A stretch of 64,000 nt of DNA from Macrostomum lignano (lineage: Eukaryota). The notes under the pieces were generated by a model. That model saw only the letters and a program-made list of their open reading frames with translations. It made no database searches and was not told the origin of the DNA. Position 1 is the first letter of the stretch. Every line of letters starts with the position of its first letter. The position numbers and the translations under genes are program-made. The stretch covers positions 141,692 through 205,691 of the forward strand of contig NIVC01000704.1 of assembly GCA_002269645.1 (NCBI GenBank), written 5' to 3'. Of this stretch, positions 46,431 through 59,847 are shown piece after piece.

Positions 46431-46654
46431 CTGCGGTGAAATCGGTGGGGCGGCATGTTAATTACATTTCAGTGGTTCACATAAGCCCCGCGTCCAGTGG
46501 TGCGTTGACCACGTGGTGGACTCATCAAGAATGTACTGTAGGGTTTGGGAAAAATTTAAACGTTGAATTGCATCAACTTGTCACAGGAATCCTCATAACA
46601 TCACCTGTGAAAGCGGTAGCCCAGCAACTGAGAAGCTGGGAGAGTGGCGGTGGC

Positions 46655-47885
46655 AACTGAGGATCTGGGAGCGTGGCTGTTACCCAGCTACTGAGGATCT
46701 GGGAGGCTGGATTAGCTACTGAGGATCTGGGAGGCTGGCTCAGCTACTGAGGATCTGGGAGGCTGGCTCAGCTACTGAGGATCTGGGAGGCTGGCTCAGC
46801 TACTGAGGAGCTGGGAGGCTGGATTAGCTACTGAGGAGCTGGGAGGCTGGCTCAGCTACTGAGGAGCTGGGAGGCTGGATTAGCTACTGAGGAGCTGGGA
46901 GGCTGGCTCAGCTACTGAGGAGCTGGGAGGCTGGCCCAGCTACTGAGGATCTGGGAGGCTGGCTCAGCTACTGAGGAGCTGGGAGGCTGGATTAGCTACT
47001 GAGGAGCTGGGAGGCTGGCTCAGCTACTGAGGAGCTGGGAGGCTGGATTAGCTACTGAGGAGCTGGGAGGCTGGCTCAGCTACTGAGGAGCTGGGAGGCT
47101 GGCTCAGCTACTGAGGATCTGGGAGGCTGGCTCAGCTACTGAGGATCTGGGAGGCTGGCTCAGCTACTGAGGAGCTGGGAGGCTGGCTCAGCTACTGAGG
47201 ATCTGGGAGGCTGGCTCAGCTACTGAGGAGCTGGGAGGCTGGATTAGCTACTGAGGAGCTGGGAGGCTGGATTAGCTACTGAGGATTTGGGAGGCTGGAT
47301 TAGCTACTGAGGATTTGGAAGGCTGGATTAGCTACTGAGGATGTGGGAGGCTGGATTAGCTACTGAGGATGTGGGAGGCTGGATTAGCTACTGAGGATTT
47401 GGGAGGCTGGCTCAGCTACTGAGGAGCTGGGAGGCTGGCTCAGCTACTGAGGATCTGGGAGGCTGGATTAGCTACTGAGGATTTGGGAGGCTGGCTCAGC
47501 TACTGAAGAGCTGGGAGGCTGGATTAGCTACTGAGGATCTGGGAGGCTGGCTCAGCTACTGAGGAGCTGGGAGGCTGGCCCAGCTACTGAGGATCTGGGA
47601 GGCTGGCTCAGCTACTGAGAATCTGGGAGGCTGGCTCAGCTACTGAGGATCTGGGAGGCTGGCTCAGCTACTGAGGAGCTGGGAGGCTGGCTCAGCTACT
47701 GAGGAGCTGGGAGGCTGGCCCAGCTACTGAGGATCTGGGAGGCTGGCTCAGCTACTGAGAAGCTGGGAGGCTGGATTAGCTACTGAGGAGCTGGGAGGCT
47801 GGATTAGCTACTGAGGATTTGGGAGGCTGGCTCAGCTACTGAGGATCTGGAAGGCTGGCTCAGAAACTGAGGATCTGGAAGCTGG
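46655..47885 (+). repeat. 28-bp minisatellite (GAGGATCTGGGAGGCTGGCTCAGCTACT)n
   Basis: Direct reading; shares GAGGATCTGGGAG with the 30-mer. Confidence 0.95.
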
Positions 47886-48689
47886 GTTTTTTGAGTCATA
47901 GCATGTGTCATGACACATCAAATTCAATTTTGGCATCCTGAATTTAGACACCAAGATACCAAATTGGCAGCTTGTAATAATTTTAGAAATAAATTTGGGG
48001 TTCGAAAACTTCAAAAAATTGTCAAATTTGAGTTGCCTGTAAAAAATGGAGACTGAGGATGAAGGCGGTAGACCAGACCAGATCAGAAAGGGATGGAAAT
48101 CAATGCAAATCATAAAATAATCGAATTACAATGCAGTACTCACTACTCAGCTGTCAATCACCCAGAAGCTCGGGTGACAGTTTTTTATTCTATCTCAAAT
48201 CCCCCAGAGACGTGCAATGTCGTAAGTGCAGCAAAGGACTCAAATAGGCAGACAAAATTCTCCCAATCTGGGGATAATTTTCCCACTGACGGCACGCAGA
48301 TCTATTGGCGTTTTATCCTTGAAACGGGTAGAGGAGTGGGGCGGATGACGAGGCTATGGAAAGCTGATTGATTGGTCGAACCGAGGTGTGACCGGATTAA
48401 GGTGAACGGAGAGTTTCAGGGGCCTATTGGCAGGTCAATTTCCTGTACCCGAGACCCCCCATCAGTCATCAACCAGCACGAGCGAATGGGGCCGCGAACT
48501 TTCCGAATCCAAAAGCAAGACCTCGGACTGGTTTTTCAAGCATCAGGATCTGTGCTATTTGGCATCCTTGGTCCAAACTCAGACTTGCCAAATTGGAATT
48601 GAAAACCGGGATGCCAGCTGGAACTTTCAGGCGAAAAAGTTGAGAATCAAATCAGATGCCAACATCTTTACCTTAAACTTAACACTGCT

Positions 48690-51160
48690 GAGATGACAGG
48701 CTGACACAAATTAGAGCTCATGTGGCATGACAGGCTATGACACAAATTAAAGCTGATGTGTCATGACAGGCTATGACACAAATTAGAGCTGATGTGGCAT
48801 GACAGGCTATGACACAAATTAGAGCTGATGTGTCATGACAGGCTATGACACAAATTAGAGCTGATGTGGCATGACAGGCTATGACACAAATTAGAGCTGA
48901 TGTGTCATGACAGGCTATGACACAAATTAGAGCTCATGTGGCATGACAGGCTATGACACAAATTAAAGCTGATGTGTCATGACAGGCTATGACACAAATT
49001 AGAGCTGATGTGGCATGACAGGCTATGACACAAATTAGAGCTGATGTGTCATGACAGGCTATGACACAAATTAGATCTGTCATGACAGGTTATGACACAA
49101 ATTAGATCTGTCATGACAGGTTATGACACAAATTAGAGCTGATGTGTCATGACAGGCTATGACACAAATTAGAGCTGATGTGTCATGACAGACTATGACA
49201 CAAATTAGAGCTGATGTGGCATGACAGACTACGACACAAATTAGAGCTGATGTGGCATGACAGACTACGACACAAATTAGAGCTGATGTGTCATGACAGG
49301 CTATGACACAAATTAGATCTGTCATGACAGGTTATGACACAAATTAGAGCTGATGTGTCATGACAGGCTATGACACAAATTAGATCTGTCATGACAGGCT
49401 ATGACACAAATTAGAGCTGATGTGTCATGACAGACTATGACACAAATTAAAGCTGATGTGGCATGACAGGCTATGACACAAATTAGAGCTGATGTGTCAT
49501 GACAGACTATGACACAAATTAGAGCTGATGTGGCATGACAGGCTATGACACAAATTAGAGCTGATGTGTCATGACAGACTATGACACAAATTAGAGCTGA
49601 TGTGGCATGACAGGCTATGACACAAATTAGAGCTGATGTGTCATGACAGGCTATGACACAAATTAGAGCTGATGTGGCATGACAGGCTATGACACAAATT
49701 AGAGCTGATGTGTCATGACAGGCTATGACACAAATTAGATCTGTCATGACAGGTTATGACACAAATTAGAGCTGATGTGTCATGACAGGCTATGACACAA
49801 ATTAGATCTGTCATGACAGGCTATGACACAAATTAGAGCTGATGTGTCATGACAGGCTATGACACAAATTAGATCTGTCATGACAGGTTATGACACAAAT
49901 TAGAGCTGATGTGTCATGACAGACTATGACACAAATTAGAGCTGATGTGTCATGACAGGCTATGACACAAATTAGAGCTGATGTGGCATGACAGACTACG
50001 ACACAAATTAGAGCTGATGTGTCATGACAGGCTATGACACAAATTAGAGCTTATGTGTCATGACAGGCTATGACACAAATTAGAGCTGATGTGGCATGAC
50101 AGACTACGACACAAATTAGAGCTGATGTGTCATGACAGGTTATGACACAAATTAAAGCTGTCATGACAGGCTATGACACAAATTAGAGCTGATGTGTCAT
50201 GACAGGCTATGACACACACACAAATTAGAGCTGATGTGTCATGACAGGCTATGACACAAATTAGAGCTGATGTGGCATGACAGACTACGACACAAATTAG
50301 AGCTGATGTGTCATGACAGGTTATGACACAAATTAAAGCTGTCATGACAGGCTATGACACAAATTAGAGCTGATGTGTCATGACAGGCTATGACACAAAT
50401 TAGAGCTGATGTGTCATGACAGGCTATGACACAAATTAGAGCTGATGTGTCATGACAGGCTATGACACAAATTAGAGCTGATGTGTCATGACAGGCTGAC
50501 ACAAATTAGAGCTGATGTGGCATGACAGACTATGACACAAATTAGAGCTGATGTGGCATGACAGACTATGACACAAATTAGAGCTGATGTGTCATGACAG
50601 GCTATGACACAAATTAGAGCTGATGTGTCATGACAGGCTATGACACAAATTAGAGCTGATGTGTCATGAAAGGCTATGACACAAATTAGAGCTGATGTGT
50701 CATGACAGGCTGACACAAATTAGAGCTGATGTGGCATGACAGACTATGACACAAATTAGAGCTGATGTGGCATGACAGACTATGACACAAATTAGAGCTG
50801 ATGTGTCATGACAGGCTATGACACAAATTAGAGCTGATGTGTGATGACAGGCTGACACAAATTAGAGCTGATGTGTCATGACAGGCTATGACACAAATTA
50901 GAGCTGATGTGTCATGACAGGCTGACACAAATTAGAGCTGATGTGGCATGACAGACTATGACACAAATTAGAGCTGATGTGGCATGACAGACTATGACAC
51001 AAATTAGAGCTGATGTGTCATGACAGGCTGACACAAATTAGAGCTGATGTGGCATGACAGACTATGACACAAATTAGAGCTGATGTGTCATGACAGGTTA
51101 TGACACAAATTAGAGCTGATGTGTCATGACAGGCTGACACAAATTAGAGCTGATGTGTCC
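48690..51160 (+). repeat. 36-bp minisatellite (GACAGGCTATGACACAAATTAGAGCTGATGTGTCAT)n with an internal 8-bp inverted repeat
   Basis: About 68 units; ATGACACA...TGTGTCAT dyad; no unique spacers. Confidence 0.95.
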
Positions 51161-51861
51161 CGGATTCTGGGCGATATTCAGTTAACTACAAGACATTCGC
51201 GGGGGAATTTTCAACCAGGAAAATAGACGGCCCCGACCGTCTAGTGGGATATAGAGAATAGCTGGCTTTGCATGCACACCTGCAGAATGGCTCATTGACA
51301 TTAATCCACATATTGCATTCCGGTATGCCATCCACAATCCTAAATAACTATGCAATGATTTAAGCCATATCTTAGTCCCGGCTTTGCGAAGAAACTCACC
51401 GATTTTAGCACATTCATCACACATTCATCATACAGGTACAGGTAGTTATCTACCCCATGCCCAATACTAAATTATGCAAAATTATGCAAAATGCGTAGAT
51501 AACAGAAGTTTCACATACTCGTATCTGCTTATTATCCCCAGCATGCGCAGTCCTGGCACCAGATTGCCACTGAGATACCGGATATCCATGACTAAGATCT
51601 CCCTCTCTCCCCGCCAGGGCCCTGGATCCAGTCAGCATCATGTTAGCCAGATGCAGCCATATCTTTGTACTACCCCCCAGCCGATAAGCAGAAGCTAACC
51701 CGGCCCTCTTATTTTATGCATAGCAGACGCAGGCATTGCTGGATTCAGCTCAGTAAAACCCTGATCTCGCGTCCGATCGGGAAGGATCGGTCAATCTAAA
51801 GGCAGAGATAAAAGATACTTTAAAAAGTTGCAGAAATCGCTGGCACTTGGAGAAGCCTCTA

Positions 51862-52430
51862 ATTCTGTTTATACCCCCAATAAGCAGGCCACATATTCCA
51901 GCTAAATGCCGCGCTCTCGCCTAGCTAAACTCCTTTAAAAAGTGTAACGCAATTTACTGAAAATGCAGCATTTTGCTACTGCGCAAGCGCACCGCTGTTG
52001 AGTCACTGATTCTGCTGCCAGCGACATTGGGAGGGGTTGAAAAAAATGGGAACTAATACGCAGCCAGGGGCCATCAGAGGACGCCGCGCCGCTCACTGGG
52101 GCAATCAAGGTCGAGCAGCTTGCGCATCTCCGCTGCCAGGGACAGCCAAGGCAGACGCAACCGACTTCAATTAGCAAGCGGGCTGCCCTCACAGCGGGGT
52201 TCGGCAGGGAATGACTCATAGGCAGGGGTCCAGCTGAAACTGGTCCATCAAAGTCTTGAGGGAAACGAGGCAATACCAGATATCTGCCTGCCTGTGCTGG
52301 ACAGTGTTGCCTCACCTGAACAAACTACAGGTAAGTGACGAGAGGGAATTTGAAGTCAGTCATGCCAATCTTAGGTTAAAAGCCTCGACCCCTTAATTGC
52401 ACCACAAACTAGCCCCAGGAGATGTCTTAG
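51862..52430 (+). repeat. Duplicated ~570-bp segment, copy 1 (copy 2 at 61779-62345); contains candidate exon 52234-52330 with CAG|GTAAGT
   Basis: Near-identical by eye, with only a few substitutions; offset about 9917 bp. Confidence 0.95.
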
Positions 52431-54290
52431 CTCGTAGTATCTGTCTTAGTGTCTGTCTTAGTATCTGCCTTAGTGTCTGTCATATTATCTGCCTTAGTGT
52501 CTGTCTTAGTACCTGTCTTAGTGTCTGTCATATTATCTGCCTTAGTGTCTGTCTTAGTACCTGCCTTAGTGTCTGTCTTAGTACCTGTCTTAGTGTCTGT
52601 CTTAGTGTCTGTCTTAGTGTCTGTCTTAGTGTCTGCCTTAGTGTCTGTCATATTATCTGCCTTAGTGTCTGTCTTAGTACCTGTCTTAGTGTCTGTCATA
52701 TTATCTGCCTTAGTGTCTGTCTTAGTACCTGTCTTAGTGTCTGTCTTAGTGTCTGTCTTAGTGTCTGCCTTAGTGTCTGTCATATTATCTGCCTTAGTGT
52801 CTGTCTTAGTACCTGTCTTAGTGTCTGTCATATTATCTGCCTTAGTGTCTGTCTTAGTACCTGTCTTAGTGTCTGTCATATTATCTGCCTTAGTGTCTGT
52901 CTTAGTACCTGTCTTAGTGTCTGTCTTAGTACCTGTCTTAGTGTCTGTCATAGTGGCTGTCTTAGTGGCTGTCTTAGTATCTCTCTTAGTGTCTGTCTTA
53001 GTATCTGTCTTAGTGTCTGTCTTAGTACCTGTCTTAGTGTCTGTCATATTATCTGCCTTAGTGTCTGTCTTAGTACCTGCCTTAGTGTCTGTCTTAGTAC
53101 CTGTCTTAGTGTCTGTCATAGTGGCTGCCTTAGTGTCTGTCTTAGTACCTGCCTTAGTGTCTGTCTTAGTACCTGTCTTAGTGTCTGTCATAGTGGCTGC
53201 CTTAGTGTCTGTCTTAGTACCTGCCTTAGTGTCTGTCTTAGTACCTGTCTTAGTGTCTGTCATAGTGGCTGTCTTAGTGGCTGTCTTAGTATCTCTCTTA
53301 GTGTCTGTCTTAGTATCTGTCGTAGTATCTGTCTTAGTGTCTGTCTTAGTACCTGTCTTAGTGTCTGTCATATTATCTGCCTTAGTGTCTGTCTTAGTAC
53401 CTGTCTTAGTGTCTGTCAAACTATCTGCCTTAGTGTCTGTCTTAGTACCTGCCTTAGTGTCTGTCTTAGTACCTGTCTTAGTGTCTGTCTTAGTGTCTGT
53501 CTTAGTGTCTGTCTTAGTGTCTGCCTTAGTGTCTGTCATATTATCTGCCTTAGTGTCTGTCTTAGTACCTGTCTTAGTGTCTGTCTTAGTACCTGCCTTA
53601 GTGTCTGTCTTAGTACCTGTCTTAGTGTCTGTCATAGTGGCTGTCTTAGTGGCTGTCTTAGTATCTCTCTTAGTGTCTGTCTTAGTATCTGTCGTAGTAT
53701 CTGTCTTAGTGTCTGTCTTAGTACCTGTCTTAGTGTCTGTCATATTATCTGCCTTAGTGTCTGTCTTAGTACCTGTCTTAGTGTCTGTCAAACTATCTGC
53801 CTTAGTGTCTGTCTTAGTACCTGCCTTAGTGTCTGTCTTAGTACCTGTCTTAGTGTCTGTCTTAGTGTCTGTCTTAGTGTCTGTCTTAGTGTCTGCCTTA
53901 GTGTCTGTCATATTATCTGCCTTAGTGTCTGTCTTAGTACCTGTCTTAGTGTCTGTCTTAGTACCTGCCTTAGTGTCTGTCTTAGTACCTGTCTTAGTGT
54001 CTGTCATAGTGGCTGTCTTAGTGGCTGTCTTAGTATCTCTCTTAGTGTCTGTCTTAGTATCTGTCGTAGTATCTGTCTTAGTGTCTGTCTTAGTACCTGT
54101 CTTAGTGTCTGTCATATTATCTGCCTTAGTGTCTGTCTTAGTACCTGTCTTAGTGTCTGTCATACTATCTGCCTTAGTGTCTGTCATATTATCTGCCTTA
54201 GTGTCTGTCTTAGTACCTGTCTTAGTGTCTGTCATAGTGGCTGTCTTAGTGTCTGTCATAGTACAATATCTGTCTTAGTGTCTTAATGTG
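52420..54290 (+). repeat. 12-bp satellite (GTCTTAGTGTCT)n with a 372-bp higher-order repeat
   Basis: The marker CGTAG occurs at 53321, 53693 and 54065. Confidence 0.95.
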
Positions 54291-56469
54291 TCTGTTAACT
54301 CTAAAACATAGTTGGAAAGCAAAATAAATCTCTACAAACTGTTTTCCGAAACTAAAATGCACAAGATGCTACTATCAAGTAATGTAATAACAGTAAATGC
54401 TTTTTGTGTCGCCGAAATTTACGTCGTGAATAAAAGCTACAAAAATTTTTCAAATAATCCTAAATGAAGATTATACAATACATAAAAACAATATAAGTAA
54501 ATCAATTAAACAGACTCACCCATCAGCAGCAGCCATTGCATCTGCATCATCACTGGGCAACTTTGAGTTGGCAAGAAATGGCGTGGCCATTGAGGACCCT
54601 CTGAGTCTTAAAAAGAGGCTCTAAACTAATGATGGCAGCTCAATGGTCCCCCATACAGTCGATATTGCAGACTGGTAGATTCAACTGCAAAGGTTAGATT
54701 AGATGCAGCTGGAGAAAAATCCAAACAATGAATTAAATGAATGCATTAATGATTCATTCCAGTCTACTGTTAGTATACACTTTGAATATTAATTCCAAGC
54801 AATAGAATAAAACACAGAGCCCAAATGGCATAAATCATTGAATCAAGAATAAAAATAATTGTATGTGTTGCAGCTTTAATACCCAATTTAATTTCTGACC
54901 ATATGGAGCTAGATAAAGGTGTTTTTTACATAAACATGACACTAAATATAAATTTTAAAAAGGATACTTTCTAATATCATATGCCAATAGAATAGTAGAG
55001 AGCAAAGACCATGTATCTTCCCACTTTTTAATGAGGGAGGCCATGTTCTAGCTTTCAATAGGAAAATATAATCTAATATATAATATATACAATAGAAACT
55101 ACAAGTTTTGATATAACATTTTCGTTTGGTATGAATGTTCTAATCCTTTCATTATGGTTATGATTGGGATTGTGACAAATTAGAAGTATTTCTCATAAAA
55201 CAACTTCTATTTTATACTGCTACAAGGGCCAGACATTAAAGAAGCCATGTCAAACACAAAAGAATTGTCATGTAAACCATAATAGCTAAGTGTCATGTCA
55301 AAAAGAAGCATCATATATATCAAACATCATATAAGCATCATATCAAACATAATAGAAGCATTATATAAAAAACAATAGAAGCATCAATGTCAAACAATAT
55401 AAGCATCATGTCAAATATAATAGGAGCATCAATGTGAAATAGAATGTCCTATTAAATATGGATGATTCATTCAAGAATTGTTAAGATGTCAAAGCTTGGG
55501 GAAATGAAGTGTTGTGGCTTAAGGAAAATGACTAAGACATCAAGGTGTATGGGGGAATTGCTAAGATGTCAAGGCCAATGAAAGGAATCAATAAATATAA
55601 AGGTATACTATCATTTGTTTTGCCTTTTCACTAGGGGACACTAATTGTTAGTCAATACTAAGTAGATATATTGTATTCATCATTTTGATTGAAACTTCAC
55701 ATAGCATTATTGATAGATTTTATTTTTACCTAACTAAAGCAATAAAAGTTTAGCATATATGCTTTATATAGTCATAAGATAAAATAATTTAATGAATTAA
55801 GATTTTCTAAATAAAAAATGCCTTTTTAATAAAATGAATAATGCTTTTAGTAAGTAAAGAAACAATGTTCTAAAGAATTTTTGCTATTTTTATTAGATTA
55901 TATTTTCTTCAGGCTTAAAAACTAGGATATTAAAATGAAAAGCAAACTAGGGTAGGCCTATAAAAATGCTAGGTACCAAAGAGCAGACACCAAAAAACAA
56001 GGAAACCATTTTGTATAACCTCAAGCCAAAGTATACTTCTTTGAGAAAACTGCTTCTTAATTAAAATAATTTGGAACCTGCCATTATTATATTTTGGAGG
56101 CCTAGTCTACTACTAGTAATTTTTCAATTTTTCAAATAACTAATAGAAACTAACTAACTATGATTAAAAGTTTCCTCATGGTCCTATATGATCACAAGCA
56201 CTTCTTGTCCTCACTGTGGCTTGAAATATTATATCTGTGATAGATGTGATAAAAACAAATCCTAAAAATTGCTTGTCATGACTTGTCACATTAAAATTGT
56301 CTCAGAATTTAGTGCCATACATATAAGCCATCCTGTCTAGGAGTTCTAGTCTTCTGTTTCTGTACTGTTACATTTATATGTACAATATACTTATATATCT
56401 AAATATATGTAGAGTATAATAATGTGTGGTAGCTCTGATACATGTTTAATATAAATACATGTGCTTTCC

Positions 56470-58050
56470 AATGGTGAAAGCACATTTTGTTAGACTGTGT
56501 ACCAACTTCCAGATGGGGCAGATACAAACCCATCACTGCTCCTCTATAAGCTTCTTATATATATATTGATGTTGAGTCAACTATCAAATCAGTACCACAT
56601 AGAAACTCGCATAGAAGCACTGCCTCTTCTGAATGTGTCTGAATGTGTCTAAGTTTACACAAAATGGAAGAGGCTATTTGCACTAATTTGCAGAATGCAA
56701 ATACAAGCCATGTATACAAGGCTATACTATCTGCTCAACTGGATAAGCCTAGGCATCAGCGTGTGCTAAACCCTAGGAACCAGAAGCAGGTGTACAATGT
56801 CTAATCAAAAGTATTGAAATCTGTCTGATTAAGCAATGATGCAATTTGTAATTTGTATAAATTGGCTCTTGACTCCTATAGCATTCCCTCAATGACACTA
56901 ATTCCAAACATGTGTCACTGTTGTAGCCCCAGAGATGCTTTTAAGTCTAAATAAGATCCTAGACTCTCAGGGTCTTCAAAAGCACAATCAGCTGGCTGCT
57001 GGCATACAATACCACCTTCAAAATTGGCAATTTTTTGTTTGGAGTCGGAGTCGACGACATGGAGTTGTCTAATAGTGTTGCTCCTGTCATACCTGCCACT
57101 TTTCTAATCCATAACACAAAGAGTGTCATGCAGAATTTTTCTAAATACTTCTGAAGCATGTACCATCTCTAGCCAATCACAATGGCATCTTTACCATAGA
57201 TTCTAAAAGAGCCATTGTCAATACAATTGCTAAATCTGGGTCACAGAAGCAGCATCTGCTCTGCCAGACCCATGCTCTAAAAGATATTAAATTTAGGCTT
57301 AAAAGCAACAATTTGGAAGCCCTGGAAGCCTCAATCATTGATACGCTATTGCAAATATGGAGACTCTCTAATGTTTAAAAGTATAATACAAAGCCATTTG
57401 CTGAGTCTAAGAAATAGGAAAAAACTTCAAAGACAAATATCTAAAGAACTGGCAAGCTCTTGTTGTGAACAAGATCAGTAGATAGTAATCAAAAATTTTA
57501 GACTTTATCCTTCTCTGGATTGACAATCAATTAGGCCAAGAGTTTGAAAATAGTTCTCAAGCATGCAGTCTTAGTGAGAACTCCCAATTGATAGCATAGC
57601 ACTTGTTTTGTGTTATTTATAGTGCTTCTAATTATAGGAAATCAAATGCACTTTTGCTGGCTTGGGAAAGTATTCATTATTATTACACCTTGAGTTTCAT
57701 CATTTGCTTTGCAAGTACCCAGTTAGGTTTGCACATCCACTCATCCAACTAGAAAATATAGCAGGCAATCAAGGAATAGAGGAATGTAAATGATGGTCTG
57801 CTTCCTTCTAAAAGGCAGCAATCTAGTTCTGGAGTTCCTGAGAGTCAAGATTTGCATGCAATAGAGGTTGTCACAAATAACTAAATAATGTTTATTCTAG
57901 AAACAAAGAGTTTTCTATTATTGGAACAAGAAATATGATATATATAGTATAGCTATTTCTAACAATTCATTGTACCTGTCTTATATCTGGCAACTAAATT
58001 ACTATATTTTGACATCCAAAGGCTATTTTGGCATGGATTGTAAAACAAAA
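56470..58050 (+). pseudogene. Decayed Mutator-like (MULE) DDE transposase with a SWIM-like remnant; several stops and frameshifts
   Basis: Joined plus-strand frames give VPHRN...ECV*MCLSL...HVYK...PRNQKQVYNV*...*LSNDAICNLYKLALD...LLAYNTTFKIGNF...APVIPATFLIH...HAEFF*ILLKHVPSL...TIDSKRAIVNTI...HLLCQTHALKDIKF...SGLTIN*AKSLKIVLK...ELPID...AGLGKYSL...HCTC...YYILTSK. This follows the motif order of animal MULE transposases (YDTTF, D.E.AI.NAI, CxxH, NQSES, SWIM), recalled from memory. Confidence 0.72.
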
Positions 58051-59060
58051 TAGTAGCCAAGTACCATTATTGCATTGCAGAAGTGCACTTTACCAAAGGG
58101 CAGTAAAATGGTCTACTAGGCAAAAAAAAGTCATACAGATTTGATTTGAAAAATACTAGTTTAGAAGATTTTCAATCTTATAAAGAAATCTAGATGTTGC
58201 TTGGTCTCTAATAAGGGCCTAAGGAAAAAAGTAGAATAGTAAGCCATAGCCACAGCCACCTGCCAATATTTCAATATTTTTTAAACATATTAGGCCTATT
58301 ATATATTATTTTTTAGATATATTATTATTAGATATTTAGATATATTAGAAATATTATTTTCTAGAAATGTGCAATTTTGTTTCGACTAAATATGCATTTA
58401 TATTTGTGCAAGCGCTTAATGCTACTAATAGTAATAATAATAGTTTTTGTAAATAAATTTGTCAATAATAATTTTGAGTTTAATCACTCAAGAATAGTAT
58501 TCACATATTATTTGTTTTAATCTTCTAACGTTTAATAATAATATTCATGTAAAATTTGTATGTATTTTTAAACTGAAAACTAATTTTAGCCCTATTTGTT
58601 TTAATACTGCATATATCAAAATTAATATTGATCAATTCTTAAAATCTCCTTCCTAATAATAAAACTGATGCGATGTTTGTCTGTGTGTGTGTGTTGCAAG
58701 TGAACTCCTACAATACTTGCAAGTCAGCGTCGAAACTTATATGGGAAAACTGCAAATTTTCCAGAGCAGGCTTTAGGCTATTTTAATTTTTAATTTTCAC
58801 ATTTTAACATCTCTAAAAAAGCAGAAAACTGTTTTTTTAACCCCCAATAACCTTCTTTGGCCACTCTGCCTGGGGCTGCAGCCAGTTTGTAAAAATAGCC
58901 ACCCCAACCTCCGCCCGCGGGCCGCTGTGCATTGAGGGGTGGTGGGTGCGAGTGGAAATAAAACCCCCCGCGTGTTGGGGGGGTTCAGTTAAATTTAATG
59001 CTTCCCCCAGAATGGGGGGTTGGGCTTGGGCTGAGTGTACATAGTAGTTGTACAGTGTAA

Positions 59061-59847
59061 GGCTCATTCCATATAAGCATGGTCGTAACATGACAGGCTA
59101 TTTTTACTTATAAAATGAAATATAATAATAGAATATACTAAACCAATATTTTAAATGAAAGATAATTTTGTCAAAAATATTTTTATAGAGTTTCATGTAG
59201 ATATCATCATTAGTATAGATGCTATTAAACCTTGAATGGCACTTATGGTCGTAACAACAGGATTTTTGACATATAGAAACTAAAAGGTAAAAGTCTTATA
59301 ACATTTTTATTTTTGATATTTTGCAAAACATTTTTTAAAATTTGACTAAGAACATCTTTAGTAATCATACTCTTTTATTAGAATATATAAACTCAAAAAG
59401 GCAACAAAGATACAAAAGAAAAGGCAGCCTTATGGTCGTAACATTATGGTCGTAACATATTTTTTTCTGTCAATTCAGTAACTTTGAGGTACCAATATAT
59501 TAAAAATATAATAGATTATTTGGTCACCAATACTTTTATCTGATGATGCAAGTACTATACTTTTATCTATAGTTTGTTTCAACCTTCCAAAGCTTTCTAT
59601 TTGTTTTTAAAAGGTACACAAACTTAATGATGTCTTTTGCTTACAAAAATGTTTAAATTTTTACAAAAATGACTTTTTGCCACTTGATAGCATACTAATC
59701 TAACATTTTATCATTCATTTATTCTTAGATTGTAGATATTACACATAATAAACTTTTGGTAAAAAAATTGGCCGATAAGGCAATGGCAAGCAAAAATATT
59801 GACTTTTTTCTATTTTCCAAAAATGTCTATCTTATATGGAATGAGCC
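59061..59847. mobile_element. Non-autonomous DNA transposon (MITE-like), 787 bp, 17-bp perfect TIRs, 4-bp TSD GTAA
   Basis: GGCTCATTCCATATAAG (59061-59077) and CTTATATGGAATGAGCC (59831-59847); GTAA on both flanks; four internal ATGGTCGTAAC motifs. Superfamily not assigned. Confidence 0.85.

Noticed and set aside
48690-51160. CRISPR-like palindromic 36-bp repeats
   Set aside because: The units are contiguous with no unique spacers, no cas genes are present, and the context is eukaryotic.
54519-54601. Minus-strand exon-like stretch (MATPFLANSKLPSDDADAMAAADG|gtgagt) as first exon of the espin-like gene
   Set aside because: Phase-compatible, but 8 kb away across a duplication and at the edge of the TE island; no homology support.
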